32,052 bases of DNA from Octopus bimaculoides (GCF_001194135.2 NC_068987.1:4428003-4460054); one strand, 5' to 3'. Positions 11,011 to 21,700 are shown, counted from the first letter of the stretch. Translations and numbers: made by a program. The notes: generated by a model from the letters alone, not told the origin.

Positions 11011-11210
11011 TTCTCTAAATATAAATACAGGGAAATAGAAATAGCAAGGAAGTGGAAGAAATATGGACACACAAACATCGTCTGTAAATATAGAAACATT
11101 GGAAAATAGAAAACTTGAAAAAATGCCAAGTAAACCTTTCATATGTGAAATTCAGAAGCCAGCGTTTCTAGGAAGTTGTCTTCTTTGCAGGAAAATATTA
11201 TCAATAAAGA
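11011..11210 (+). mobile_element. R4/Dong-like non-LTR retrotransposon relic (C-terminus of the restriction-like endonuclease region)
   Basis: FSKYKYREIEIARKWK, then after a frameshift MDTQTSSVNIETL...LEKMPSKPFICEIQKPAFLGSCLLCRKILSI. This follows the K-Y-x-D-L-x-x-E-I-x-R-M-W ... I-Q-K-x-A-x-L-G-T-x-x-I-L-R-K pattern of RLE elements. Confidence 0.7.
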
Positions 11211-11314
11211 GAAAATGGTTTATAACAAATTTATCTGTTCTACATTTCAGCTTGATGATGGCTGTGGTATAATATGTGCATCTTAAACAGTGTACAGTTT
11301 TATGATAATGTGTG

Positions 11315-11452
11315 TATGGATGTGTGGTTAAGAAATTTGTTTCCCAACCACATGGTTTTGGTTTCAGTCCCACTGTGTGCCACCTTCTGCTATAACTTCA
11401 GGCCAATCAAAGCCTTGTGAGTGGATGTGGTAGATGGAAACTGAAAGAAGCT
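11315..11452 (+). mobile_element. SINE family A, 5' module
   Basis: gtgtggttaagaaatttgtttcccaaccacatggttttggtttcagtcccactg...gccttgtgagtggatgtggtagatggaaactgaaagaagc. Confidence 0.85.
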
Positions 11453-11504
11453 TGTTGTGTGTGTGTGTGTGTGTGTGTGTGAGACAGAGAGAGAGAGTGT
11501 GTAT

Positions 11505-11672
11505 TTTATTTGTGGGTTAACTAAGCTACCAACGGTTTCATGTAACAGAAATCTCTTAGCAATTATCAACCCTGCCATGAGTATTAACGTTTGCTTGTGG
11601 CAGAGTTGATAATTGTTAAGAGATACCTGTTTACCTGAAACCATTGGTAGCCTAATTAACCAGACAAATAAA
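11505..11672. other. Single-copy long hairpin (about 77-nt arms, 12-nt loop)
   Basis: 11505-11581 is the reverse complement of 11594-11672 at roughly 85% identity. Confidence 0.9.
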
Positions 11673-11824
11673 GAATATTTATCCTCCAATGCGGTGTTGA
11701 GCACTCATTCTCACTTAGCGTGCAGCACCCTAACCATTAGGTCATGCTACCTTCACACACACATACGCATGTGAAGTGTATACCGTGATATCACATGATA
11801 GCTGTAAAAAGGAAGTATCCTTCA

Positions 11825-11975
11825 TTTCCAATATTCTGTGAGAACGTCTGGTTACTGGGAAATATCATCTTGCTTGGAAACAGTCGAAGGTTGGTGACAG
11901 GAAGAGCATCTGGCTGTAGAAAAGTTGCTTCAGTAAATCTGCATCTGACCCATTTAAGCAAAGAAAAGTGGGTGC
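11825..11975 (+). mobile_element. Family G retroelement
   Basis: gtctggttactgggaaatatcatcttgcttggaaac...ggttggtgacaggaagagcatctggctgtagaaaa...ctgacccat. Confidence 0.7.
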
Positions 11976-12220
11976 CACTTTGGCGTGTGATCTACAATTT
12001 AAAGGGAGATTACTGTAGGTTACTTTTTAGTTTACTTTGTGTTACTGCTACTTTGCTGTGTGATCTACATGAGCAAATTTTCTTTGGTGGGTGATCTGTA
12101 TGCTTTTTTTTAATTATTGTATTGTTTATTTTTGGTTTCTTATTATTATTTACTAAGACATAAATAAAACATAGTTTTCTTATCACCAAAACAGTAAGAA
12201 TTTTGAAGAAAATACATTTG

Positions 12221-12650
12221 CAATGGGCTTCCACACAGTTTCTTATTTCTTTACTGCCCACAAGGGGCTAAACATAGAGGATACAAACAAGGACAGACAA
12301 AGGGGTTAAGTTGATTATATTGACCCCCAGTGTGTAACTGGTACTTAATTTATCAACCCCGAAAGGATGAAATGCAAAGTCGACCTCGGCGGAATTTGAA
12401 CTCAGAGCGTAACGGCAGACGAAATACTGCTAAGCATTTTGCCCGACGGGGGTAACGTTTCTGCCAGCTCGCTGCCTTTCACACAGTTTCTACTAACCAA
12501 ATCTACTCACAGGGCATTGGTTGGCCTGGGGGCTATAATAGTAGACACTTGCCCGAGCTATAATGGTATACACTTGACCTCATTTTGACTGAACCAAAAA
12601 CTAAATGATTACATAGTGAGCTTCTTAACCACACAGCCATGCCTGCACCT
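12221..12650 (-). mobile_element. SINE family A variant, interrupted by a family C SINE
   Basis: After removing the insert, caatgggcttccacacagtttctactaaccaaatctactcacagggcattggttggc... matches the reverse complement of 28060-28115. Confidence 0.8.
12244..12479 (-). mobile_element. SINE family C, full length, with 12-bp TSD cacacagtttct
   Basis: Minus strand has gagctggcagaaacg...gagttcaaattccgccgaggtcgactttgcatttcatcctttcggggttgataaattaagtaccag. The TSD is at 12232-12243 and 12480-12491. From memory the central domain resembles Sauria/MetaSINE-type domains (unverified). Confidence 0.9.
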
Positions 12651-13332
12651 CCAAAGAAAATGCTGAAGATGTAGTTCCTCACAGAATTATGAGGCTGTAA
12701 AGTAAAAGTCTCATCACTTGTTATAGAATTTTAGACATTTTTTAGTTCATTAATTAGTCTCTATGCAAAAACTTTAAAAGCTGCATTCCACCGAGACTAA
12801 AAAAAACCTCTGAAATTCATAAATTAAATTTCTAGTCTTTAGGTTAAAGTTTACTTAATGTCATGAGATCATGTGGTAAATAACAGATAAAAATCATTAA
12901 TTCTGAAATATTGTAAGATTGTATACAAACCTTCGACCTGACAGAAAAACTAAGGCAACTCAAATATGAAACTTTATCCTCAAACAAATAATTCTCTTGA
13001 GGTATTCAACAGACTTTAGCACATAATAAACCAGACTAACTCTGGAGAATTATATAGAGTTGGGTATTTGTTACACTGGGGTGTATCTGTTTAAACAGTT
13101 TAATAATACCTGCACCACGCTGGAGAAAACTTGCTCTATAGTACACATGCTTTACTCAACTGCCTATAAAAACAAATATTTATATAAAAAAGAAAGAAAG
13201 ATCTAAGCATTTATAAATCAACTCCAGTCTATCAAATTGACTAACTTCCATGTCTGTGTTTTGGTTTAGATTTTGAATGTTATAAGCTTATCACCATTTA
13301 ATGTCCATTTTCCATATTAGCATGGGTTAGAA

Positions 13333-13400
13333 CTGTGGTTTTCAACCAGGGTTCATATGACCCATTAGGGTCCATGTAAGATTTTGTTGATAAAAATTTA
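13333..13400 (+). mobile_element. hAT-like MITE terminus (family J)
   Basis: ctgtggttttcaaccagggttcatatgacccattagggtcc is CAGTGGTTTTCAACC-like. A second copy is at 31440. Confidence 0.55.
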
Positions 13401-13452
13401 TCTGCAAGAAATCAGTTCCACTTCTACAATGCACAAAATATTTTAACAGCGT

Positions 13453-13632
13453 GACAGTGTGGCAAGGCTGGCCCTTTCAAATACAGGTCCTACTCATTTT
13501 TGCCAGCTGAGTGAACTGGAGCAACGGGAAATAAAGTGTCTTGCTCAAGGACACAATGCGTCGCCAGGAATTGAACTAGTGATCTTATGATCATGAGTTG
13601 AATGCCTTAACCACTAAGCCACACACCTTCAC
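13453..13632 (-). mobile_element. tRNA-headed SINE family H
   Basis: gctgagtgaactggagcaacgggaaataaagtgtcttgctcaaggacacaatgcgtcgccaggaattgaact...taaccactaagccac. Confidence 0.85.
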
Positions 13633-13902
13633 AATGTTGGCAATATGTATTAAACAAATCCTGATGACACAAAAGACATTCTCGAAGCCTTAAATTGCTT
13701 AAATACATTAAAAGACATTAAGTTTTGGAAAACTTTTAGTAAAGGTCCATGGCCCATAGAGAACACTCTCTCCATTGAGCACTTGTTGCTGATCCCTGAT
13801 CTAAAGAGAGGACTTTCAAGTATGAAACCCATTAATTAAAAGCGGGGCACATACATTTATTACATATTAGTATAACTTAGAGTATTATTTTTTTAAATAA
13901 TG

Positions 13903-13952
13903 CTCTATCTCTCTCTCTCTATCTCTCTCTCTCTCTATCTCTCTTTCTCTCT

Positions 13953-14008
<56 letters not shown>

Positions 14009-14025
14009 TTCTCTCTCTCTCTCAC
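13903..14025. repeat. (CT)n microsatellite
   Basis: Visible repeat. Confidence 0.95.
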
Positions 14026-14036
14026 ACACATACGTA

Positions 14037-14226
14037 ATCATCATCATCATCGTTTAATCTGTTTTCCATTCTAGCATGGGTTGGATGGCTTAACAGGAGC
14101 TGACAATACAAAAGACCAAGGCATGTCCGAATGTCTGCTCCTGGCATGGCATCTACAGCTGGATGCCCTTCATAACACCAACCACTTCACCGAGTGTACT
14201 GGGTGCTTTTTACTTGGTACAGGCAC
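14037..14226 (-). mobile_element. Family F retroelement
   Basis: (atc)n gtttaatctgttttccattctagcatgggttggat...ctacagctggatgcccttcataacaccaacc...gggtgcttttac. Confidence 0.85.
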
Positions 14227-14619
14227 ATATGTATATATATATATATGTATATACTTTATTAATAGTAATCATACTCTTGACAAGAGTGGGTGGACGAGGT
14301 GTCCAATTGCTAGGTTTCCATTACACGCTGTCATGTGCACACAGATACATCTAAATAGACGTTGATAAAATACTGTGTTTGGTGAAGTGGTTGAAAACCT
14401 CCTCCAGCGGTGCAGCTCAATGCATTTCAAAAGTGCAGCTTACCATCTTACTGAGAACTGATAATTAAGAAGAGACAGTAGCATTTTCTAAAAGGTGCAG
14501 CTGACTATTAATAGAGCTGAATAATTCAGGAGATATAATTAGGTGGAGGGCAGCGGAGATACTTAAAAGATTTTGATAGCTTATGCAAACCTTGTTTGTT
14601 CTCAGAGGAACTGTGACAG

Positions 14620-14827
14620 AAATTTTGGTTTCAAATTTTGGCACAAGGCCAGCAACTTCAGGGGAGGGAGGGGGTAAGTCGATTATATCAACCCAGTGTT
14701 TGACTAGCACTTATTTTATCAATCCTGAAAGGATGAAGGGCAAAGTCAGCGCAAAGGCATTTAAACTCAGAATGCAAAACTAAGCATCTCACCTGGCATG
14801 CTAACAATTCTAATATCTCATTACCTT
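14620..14827 (-). mobile_element. SINE family C variant
   Basis: ggcacaaggcc...gtcgattatatcaacccag...ttttatcaatcctgaaaggatgaagggcaaagtc...aactcagaa. Confidence 0.75.
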
Positions 14828-14976
14828 CTGAGACGGAAATATTTAAGACTCAACATTCTCTTATCATCATTATATTATCATCATCTTCATGACTTGGGTG
14901 GAGCTGGTAGCATCTCACCACTAATCAAGGCTTCTCTCACCTGCAAGTCTATCTTTGTTGTTGTGTGATTGTTTTC

Positions 14977-15459
14977 TTAACTCTTTCGTTACCATATTTC
15001 TGTTGAGATCCTCAGTGTTTCTTTCAATTAATTTTAAATATAACAAAGAATTTAGTAAAATAACCTAGTTATCATTCAGCTAGTGTTAGGAACATAAATT
15101 GTGACTAAGGTTTGGTGGAAGATTTTAATTCAGAACTTATGAAAACAAGACATTTGTACTACAGAGCCAGAGACAGTTTCAGCCAGGTTGGTATCGAAAT
15201 GGTTAAGAATTGTTTTTCTATTATATATTTTAACTCTTTTTTTACCCTATTTCTGTTGAGATGCTCTGTCTTTCTTTCAATTAATTTTAAATATAACAAA
15301 GAATTTAGTAAAATAACTTAGTCATCATTAAGCTAGTGTTAGGAACATAAGTTGTGACTAAGGTTCGGTGGAAGATTTTGACGTAGAACTTTTGAAAACA
15401 AGACATTTGTACTACAGAGCCAGAGGCAGTTTCAGCTGGAATGGTAATGAAAGGGTTAA
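14977..15459 (+). mobile_element. Tandem dimer of the piggyBac-type MITE (14977-15206 and 15230-15459) with a 23-bp spacer
   Basis: Two 230-bp units, each bounded by TTAA. The spacer gaattgtttttctattatatatt occupies 15207-15229. Confidence 0.9.
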
Positions 15460-17199
15460 AGATGTCTTCAATAGGATACTCTTCCTATTGCCTATTCTTT
15501 TGCAGTAAGGAATCCCTTATACTTGCATTCTTGTACTTTGTGAGTACATTCTGGCACCTTGTCCCCATCACCTTCATCTCCGCATATAATGCAGGGTGGT
15601 CATGTATCTCCTCTATAGCAAGACACCTGATCTTCTTTTATTATACCTTAGCCTTCAACATCAGACATAAAACCCCACCACCTCTCTCAAATACACTCCA
15701 TCTCTGCCTCAACAAATTTCGTCTGCCCCCTGTAAGCATGTTTTAAAAGGGAGCTTTATTGATGTTGATATTTATTCACATATACTTAGTCCTTAACTTT
15801 ACGCTTTCAAAATAAAATTCTTCTGTACATTAGTCGACTAGTGCCAGCATTGGTGTATAGTTTGTCTATTTGGATGGCAGCTCTAACAGATCAAGAAGCC
15901 TGACGGATAAAAAAGCCAGGAAGCTTTTCACCATTCTGAGGCTGATGTAGATCCGGAAACCAAATGATGAACCGGGACTCAATACACTGCAATCTAACTA
16001 AATATATCCTACTAAACCTAAACAGGTTTATCACTATGGGAGATAAACATCAAACGGGGAAAAGTTTCTCTAGAATTGCAGTTGATATCAAAGAATTCCA
16101 ACTTCAAAAGCGTCCAAACATCTCTTTGAAATGCTGCCAGAAGGAAAACATATTGAAACGCAGGGGAAAAGCCAAAAGCAAGGTCTGAGCACAAAACACT
16201 TCTTTTGAACTATAAGATGAATTTCTTGTAAATAAGAAAATGTCCTGTGCAGGGTTCTATAGAATTGGATGCAAAATAAAAGATAAAGATGGAGCTTATT
16301 GTTTGCAGCATCAATAATATTCTATGAAAAATGCATTTCAAAGATGACTGTTGAATGCAAATACAGAATTCTCTGCTCATCTGACAGACACAGGGAGGTA
16401 GTTGGTCATTCCAATCAAACCAAGGAAACAATGGTTCTTTTGATTTTTCAAATTAATGGTATTATCTGTTTGGCTGCAATTCTAGACAAAAGATTTACCA
16501 TTTTGTGATGATGAAATGGCATTTTGAATTTAGAATATACAGAAGTGGAACAGATATCACAAGATATCTGTCCAACACTATAACAACCCCACCTGTGCAC
16601 TACCTGAGATTGGAAATTATTATTTTTTTGCTATTGCCCTTAACCTGTTAACTGCCAAATTTTTTCACTCGTATTTTTTGGATTTTCCAAGTGTCTTAGG
16701 AGTTAAAATAATATAAAGTATTTAAATTTTCTGCATATGTGAATCATTTTGGAAATTATGATAAATTTTTCGAAAAGTCCCAAATGGGGATCACTGAAAA
16801 AAAAGCATATTTATCCTTTTCTATTCAATTGCAATAATAAACAGTTTTTTGAAACTATAGTATCAAATGCGAATGTGTATGAAATATCAATAAACAATAT
16901 AAATGGGAAATGCAAAAAAAAAAAAATACGTTTTCAAATCAGTCAATATTTTTGTAATTCAAAAATTACGATTTATGACATAAAATGTCCTCCAGAATTA
17001 ACCAGAGCTAATAATGACAACCTTTAACGACTAAATACTGTTAATCACACCTCTGCAAATGCAATGTCCATAAGCAATTCACTTGAAATACAACAAACAA
17101 CCGACAGTGAGACTGTTTTTAGCAGATCCCCAAAAGGGGCCCATGACTTCCCATGATGGTTCTCAATGAACATTACCATCATACAAGTGATGTCATCCA

Positions 17200-17377
17200 T
17201 TTTTAGTCCACTGTGGAAAATCAGGTCTGGTCACGGGGAAATATTACCCTGCTTAGAAACCACATGAGGGTTGGCAATAGGAAAAGGCATCCAGCTTTAG
17301 AAAATCTGCCTCAACAAAGTCCATCTGACCCATGCAAGTATCAACAGGTGCATTAAATGATGATGATGGTGATGATG
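17200..17377 (+). mobile_element. Family G retroelement
   Basis: gtctggtcacggggaaatattaccctgcttagaaac...gggttggcaataggaaaaggcatccagctttagaaaatctgcctcaacaaa...ttaaa(tga)n. Confidence 0.75.
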
Positions 17378-17952
17378 GTAATATCTTTTTATTAACCATC
17401 CATTTAATAATGGAAACATGGCATAAAAACCCAACAGAGTAACGGCTTATTTGCATGAATAAATTTGCAAAGAATTCAAGCATGAAGTGGTCTGGACACT
17501 GCTTCAATGGCCAAGAGATTCAAGCCTGTCCCATACATGTTCGTGAATTATTGATGACATAACAATTGTATAGAAATATATCAGTGAACACAGCTGGAAT
17601 GATGGCAGCCTGTTATTGACCAGATATTGTAAGCCATGACAAAAACAAAAATCAAAGCAGCAACTCCTTATTGATTTTTAAATTTCAGACAATACTAATT
17701 TTATAACAAAGGAAGCCAAGAAGTTGTGACCTGGACATGGAGGAGGTCAAGGGAACAGAGTCTATTAAACTGGAGTTAGAGTGAGTTCTCATTGTAACTG
17801 GAGATAGTTATAACAAAGGATTCAACAGAAACCCCAAATAGCTCCCTGGTGGCAGACAAGGGACCAAAAGGTTGGTGAAGGTGTGGTTTGTATGGTTAAG
17901 AATCATGCACTCAACAACATGAAACTGGGTTCAATCTCACTATACACTGCTC

Positions 17953-18090
17953 CATCATCATTATTTAACACCTGTTTTCTATAGGTTGGATGGTGTGACA
18001 GGGGCTGGCATGGCAGGAGACTGCACCAGGCTCCACTGTTTGTTTTGGCTGGGCTTTTATGGCTGGAAGCCTTTCTTGATATCAACTACC
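17953..18090 (-). mobile_element. Family F, diverged
   Basis: catcatcattatttaac...ggttggatggtgtgacagggg...ctgcaccaggctcca...tggctggaagcctttc. Confidence 0.65.
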
Positions 18091-18183
18091 TTAAAAAAAA
18101 TATTACAGCCTTGAACTAATGCTTTCTGAATGGAATTTGGTTGACAGAAATTGTGCAAAAGCCCATTTATATAGTAGAAAGGA

Positions 18184-18205
18184 TTGTTGTTGTTGCTGCT
18201 GCTGC

Positions 18206-18242
<37 letters not shown>

Positions 18243-18265
18243 CTTGTTCTTGTTCTTGTTCTTCT
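18184..18265. repeat. (GTT)n/(GCT)n trinucleotide microsatellite
   Basis: Visible repeat; source of the poly-Q and poly-C ORFs. Confidence 0.95.
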
Positions 18266-18616
18266 TCCGTGAACATGGAATGCATTCTTAAACTGCTTTA
18301 GAAGGCAGAAGGTTTATGAGAGTTGCAGAGATGTTTCTGAAGAGATCTAAATACCTAAGAGTGTTGTGCTGCGAAAGTACAGTGGGTGGGTGGGGGTGTC
18401 AGGTAGTGTGGGCGCTTGGTGCTGTTATTGCGGGTGTGGTACCCCAACCTGTTGAGTAGCTACCCCCCCCCCCNNNNNNNNNNNNNNNNNNNGAGAAAGC
18501 TGAAGACTAATGCTCTGCTTTAAACAAACATTTCTTACTGTAATACTGATAATGATGGCAATAATTGTGTCATGATGTTGATTGAACAAATAGCTGTGTG
18601 TGTGCACATGTATGTA

Positions 18617-19106
18617 CAGGGTGCGATGGGTAAATTGTCGCCACTTTATATTTTTTTAATTTTGCACATGTGCATTGTTTACTTTTGATTTTGTTGACTA
18701 CACAGTATAGTAGGGTCAGTTAGGCACCGTCTGTGAGAAAAACAGCACCATGATGCAGTTCACTCTGCCAGGAATTTGGAAACGACATGCTGTACTGCTT
18801 GGCATTTGTGCTGGAATCTCCAATATGAACAGATGGTGAACATATGGAACAACCATTGGCTTGCTCTGGCCCCAAAACATGTACCGAGAGTGATGAAAAT
18901 TAAACATCCAGTCAACATCATGGTGTTTGGAGTGATCACTAGTGATGGCAACATTATGCCTCCATTCATCTTCTCACACCACGTCAGATTCAACACAGAG
19001 GCCTATATCAAGTGCCTAATTTTGGTAAATATATCTGATAAAATGAGATGTCAATGTTATTTTCATCTTTGCGTAATTTAGATGACAGTTTATTCACCAC
19101 ACCCTG
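18617..19106 (+). mobile_element. Internally deleted Tc1/mariner element (maT/DD37D-like), both TIRs, TA target duplication
   Basis: Left end TA-CAGGGTGCGATGGGTAAATTGTC; right end (reverse complement) TA-CAGGGTGTGGTGAATAAACTGTC. Retains the N-terminus MMQFTLPGIWKRHAVLLGICAG (ATG at 18750) and a catalytic-domain piece WLALAPKHVPRVMKIKHPVNIMVFGVITSDGNIMPPFIF...FNTEAYIKCL. Confidence 0.85.
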
Positions 19107-19136
19107 TATGTATATATATATATANNNNNNNNNNTG

Positions 19137-19177
<41 letters not shown>

Positions 19178-19248
19178 GTGTACTATAGTTGTCTCAAAAA
19201 AATTGCACATAAACATTGATTGAAAAATACACGTGCATACAGATTGTT

Positions 19249-19298
<50 letters not shown>

Positions 19299-19329
19299 TA
19301 AAAATAAATATACACATGCCATATTTATG

Positions 19330-19363
<34 letters not shown>

Positions 19364-19645
19364 AACAATTTCACACATGCATACACAACTCCTACATTCT
19401 TAAAAACATTCTTTTCCCCCGTATACACACACACAGATTTATACAGTGCTAATCACACAGACGTGTCTACCAGCAAGTTCCCCAAATACACACACACACA
19501 CACACTCTCTCTCACTCACTGATACTGTGGACCACTTCTGCTAAAAAGGGAAGACATCTTTACTTCTAGTTTATCAATATATTGATTTCTCTCTCTGTCT
19601 CTCTCTGTCTCTCTTTCTCTCTCTGGGTTTGCATGTGTGTGTGTG

Positions 19646-19680
<35 letters not shown>

Positions 19681-20139
19681 GTTCTCTTTACGTTCTCACT
19701 GTTTCAACACATCTCTCAAGCGTTCAACCTTCTTTCAATTTCTTAATCATACAACACACAGTCTCACCCTCTCTCTATCTCTCTCTCTCTCTCTCTCAGC
19801 TTCTCTCTTTCTATCTTACCTTCTTTCTCTCTTTCCTTAAACTGTTTCAACTCTCACCGTTCCAACATACTCCTCATTCTCTTACTCTCTCTCTCCCTCT
19901 CTTTCTCTCGCTCTCTCTCTCTTTCTCACTGTTCCAACATTCTTCCCTCTACACCTTAACTCCCACACACCACCAACCTTCTCCGCTCAAGGTACCATTG
20001 ATTATATAAACTGCTCCACAGTTATTTATAGGTTTTTCACTATTAGGAATGGTGGGCTGTCTGCATTCTGGCGCTCTCTCTCTCTCTCGTTCCCCTACCA
20101 AATGTGTGTATGTATGTATTCTGACATTGTCTCTCTCTC

Positions 20140-20173
<34 letters not shown>

Positions 20174-20639
20174 CAAACATGAGTAAATGCGTCTGTATGT
20201 ATGTATTTATGTACGCATGCATGTTTCTGTCTCTACATGAATTCATGCATTGTGATTCCGTCCCTACAAACGTGAGTGGATATATGTTTGTGTGTGTGTA
20301 TGTGTGTATTTATTTATGTATGTATTCATGTATGCACACATGTTTCTGTGAGTGTGTGTATTCTGAGACTTCTCTGCTTCAACAAACGTGACTGTATGTA
20401 TGTATTTATTTATTTATGCATCCTTGTCTATATGTGTGTGTATCTATATGTAACATGGTATTGTCTCTCTGCATTTACAATCATGAATCATTTTAGATAC
20501 TGGCGTATATACGACCGTTTGTTTATGTATATACCACATGGTCGACTAGACTGTCAGATCTTGTTATACATCACTGATCACAATACACTTCGCATCATCT
20601 TTATCTTTCAAACGATGCCACCCCACTGACTAGGCAAGC

Positions 20640-20836
20640 TAGGCCTGATTGGAAGCAGGCCTGATCAGAAGGCTAGTCAATCACAGGGAGACCCATTTAC
20701 AGACGAGTGGACTGGGACATTGTGAAATGAAGTGTTTTGCTCAAGAACACGATGTACCACTCAATTCAGGAATTGAACTCACAATCGCTAGATCATGAAT
20801 GCAACATTCTAAACCACTGGACCATGTACTTTCACG
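20640..20836 (-). mobile_element. tRNA-headed SINE family H, diverged
   Basis: gagtggactggg...gtgaaatgaagtgttttgctcaagaacac...ggaattgaactcacaatc...aaccact. Confidence 0.75.
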
Positions 20837-20837
20837 C

Positions 20838-20870
<33 letters not shown>

Positions 20871-21609
20871 AATATATAAAATATATAGTTTTAGGGAAAA
20901 TAACCAATTTTCAAGAACTCATCGATGAAAATCCACTATCACATATAGAAAAATATAAGGCTCAATTTAATTTTAACTTTTTATAAATTGATTTTAATTG
21001 AGTTTTTTACCTGTAATTTTGGATTTTGTCCCTAATATTATGATATGAATATATATATATATATATAAATATGATTGCTATTATGTTAAACTGTCATATG
21101 TCCAAATGTTGCCAAATGCGTTTTTTTTTTAATATTTACTTTTGCTTGNNNNNNNNNNNNNNNNNNNNNNNNNNNNNNNNNNNNNNNNNNNNNNNNNNNN
21201 NNNNNNNNNNNNNNNNNNNNNNNNNNNNNNNNNNNNNNNNNNNNNNNNNNNNNNNNNNNNNNNNNNNNNNNNNNNNNNNNNNNNNNNNNNNNNNNNNNNN
21301 NNNNNNNNNNNNNNNNNNNNNNNNNNNNNNNNNNNNNNNNNNNNNNNNNNNNNNNNNNNNNNNNNNNNNNNNNNNNNNNNNNNNNNNNNNNNNNNNNNNN
21401 NNNNNNNNNNNNNNNNNNNNNNNNNNNNNNNNNNNNNNNNNNNNNNNNNNNNNNNNNNNNNNNNNNNNNNNNNNNNNNNNNNNNNNNNNNNNNNNNNNNN
21501 NNNNNNNNNNNAAACTGAAAGAAGCCTAGTGTGTGTGTGTGTGTGTGTGTGTGCGAGTATTAGTAGTGTCTTTGTCTACAAATAAGTGAATTCGTAAGTC
21601 TGAGTTGGT

Positions 21610-21700
21610 GGGGGGAGCATAGTGGTTAAGAAGTTTGCTTCACAAACTATGAGGGGCTAGCTTTGACCCTACTGTCCGCCATCTTGGGCAAGGGTCTTTT
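21610..21700 (+). mobile_element. SINE family A head fragment
   Basis: agtggttaagaagtttgcttc...catcttgggcaagggtctttt. Confidence 0.55.

Noticed and set aside
13650-13835. About 60 codons open on both strands, with a hAT-like CAGGGATCAGCAAC on the minus strand
   Set aside because: No usable splice sites, no recognised protein, and no partner TIR.
14444-14487. Minus-strand donor ATG|GTAAGC with 7, 14 or 44-nt exon options
   Set aside because: Cannot choose an acceptor; peptide KMLLSLLNYQFSVR is unrecognised.
16639-17030. TTAA-CCTGTTAACTGCC possible DNA-transposon end with an AT-rich body
   Set aside because: No matching right terminus found.
18103-18301. Poly-Q and poly-C ORFs
   Set aside because: Trinucleotide microsatellite.
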